This document shows positions 48,108 through 48,166 of a stretch of 48,166 nt of DNA, one piece after another. This stretch comes from Trypethelium eluteriae (lineage: Eukaryota). Positions within the stretch are counted from its first letter, which is position 1. Every line of letters begins with the position of its first letter. The translations under genes were made by a program, and so were the position numbers. Where the stretch lies: NCBI GenBank assembly GCA_051942245.1, contig JAVECL010000125.1:1-48166 (forward strand). The letters are read 5' to 3'. The notes beneath the pieces were generated by a model. The model made no database searches and was not told where the DNA came from. It saw nothing but the letters and a program-made list of their open reading frames with translations.

Positions 48108-48166
48108 CTATTCACACCCAGTCAAACCAATACCCCCCTAAACTCCCCTCTTCCCAAGCCCCACCC

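Noticed and set aside
1..48166. Cryptic peroxisomal isoforms by TGA-CTA stop readthrough; intact tRNA/rRNA, CRISPR arrays, transposases, LTRs or TIRs
   Set aside because: None of the stop codons I checked has the TGA CTA context, and I saw no intact RNA gene, repeat-spacer array or transposase/RT motif.

Overview
Eukaryotic, intron-containing DNA from a filamentous ascomycete (Pezizomycotina; short GT-AG introns with CTRAC/CTRAT branch sites). I read about 21 protein genes. Left arm: cce1/ydc2 resolvase (5' truncated), GPI-anchored PLC-like phosphodiesterase, SUR7/PalI-family protein, SWIM+RING zinc-finger protein, Anp1-family mannosyltransferase, an orphan ORF, ecm33, mag1, qcr7, an NAD+-type mitochondrial carrier and pcs60. 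Middle, about 24.2-35.5 kb: an accessory-looking block with a stop-riddled relic carrying a 13-aa repeat array, a DUF3176 membrane protein, and a divergent MFS efflux pump / cytochrome P450 pair. Right arm: DMM-1-like JmjC protein, coq2, an EamA/DMT transporter, ima1, mrpl40 and the last exon of a further gene. I found no intact tRNA, rRNA, CRISPR array or transposon. Best leads: (1) recurrent strand-symmetric C-rich to G-rich skew switches with GC-rich centres inside genes; (2) the decayed 39-bp-repeat relic; (3) coq2 has no in-frame AUG before its conserved domain; (4) a tight cluster of PacC sites upstream of ecm33; (5) a possible frame-preserving cryptic C-terminal extension of anp1. All exon boundaries were read by eye and family assignments rest on motif recall; no searches were run.
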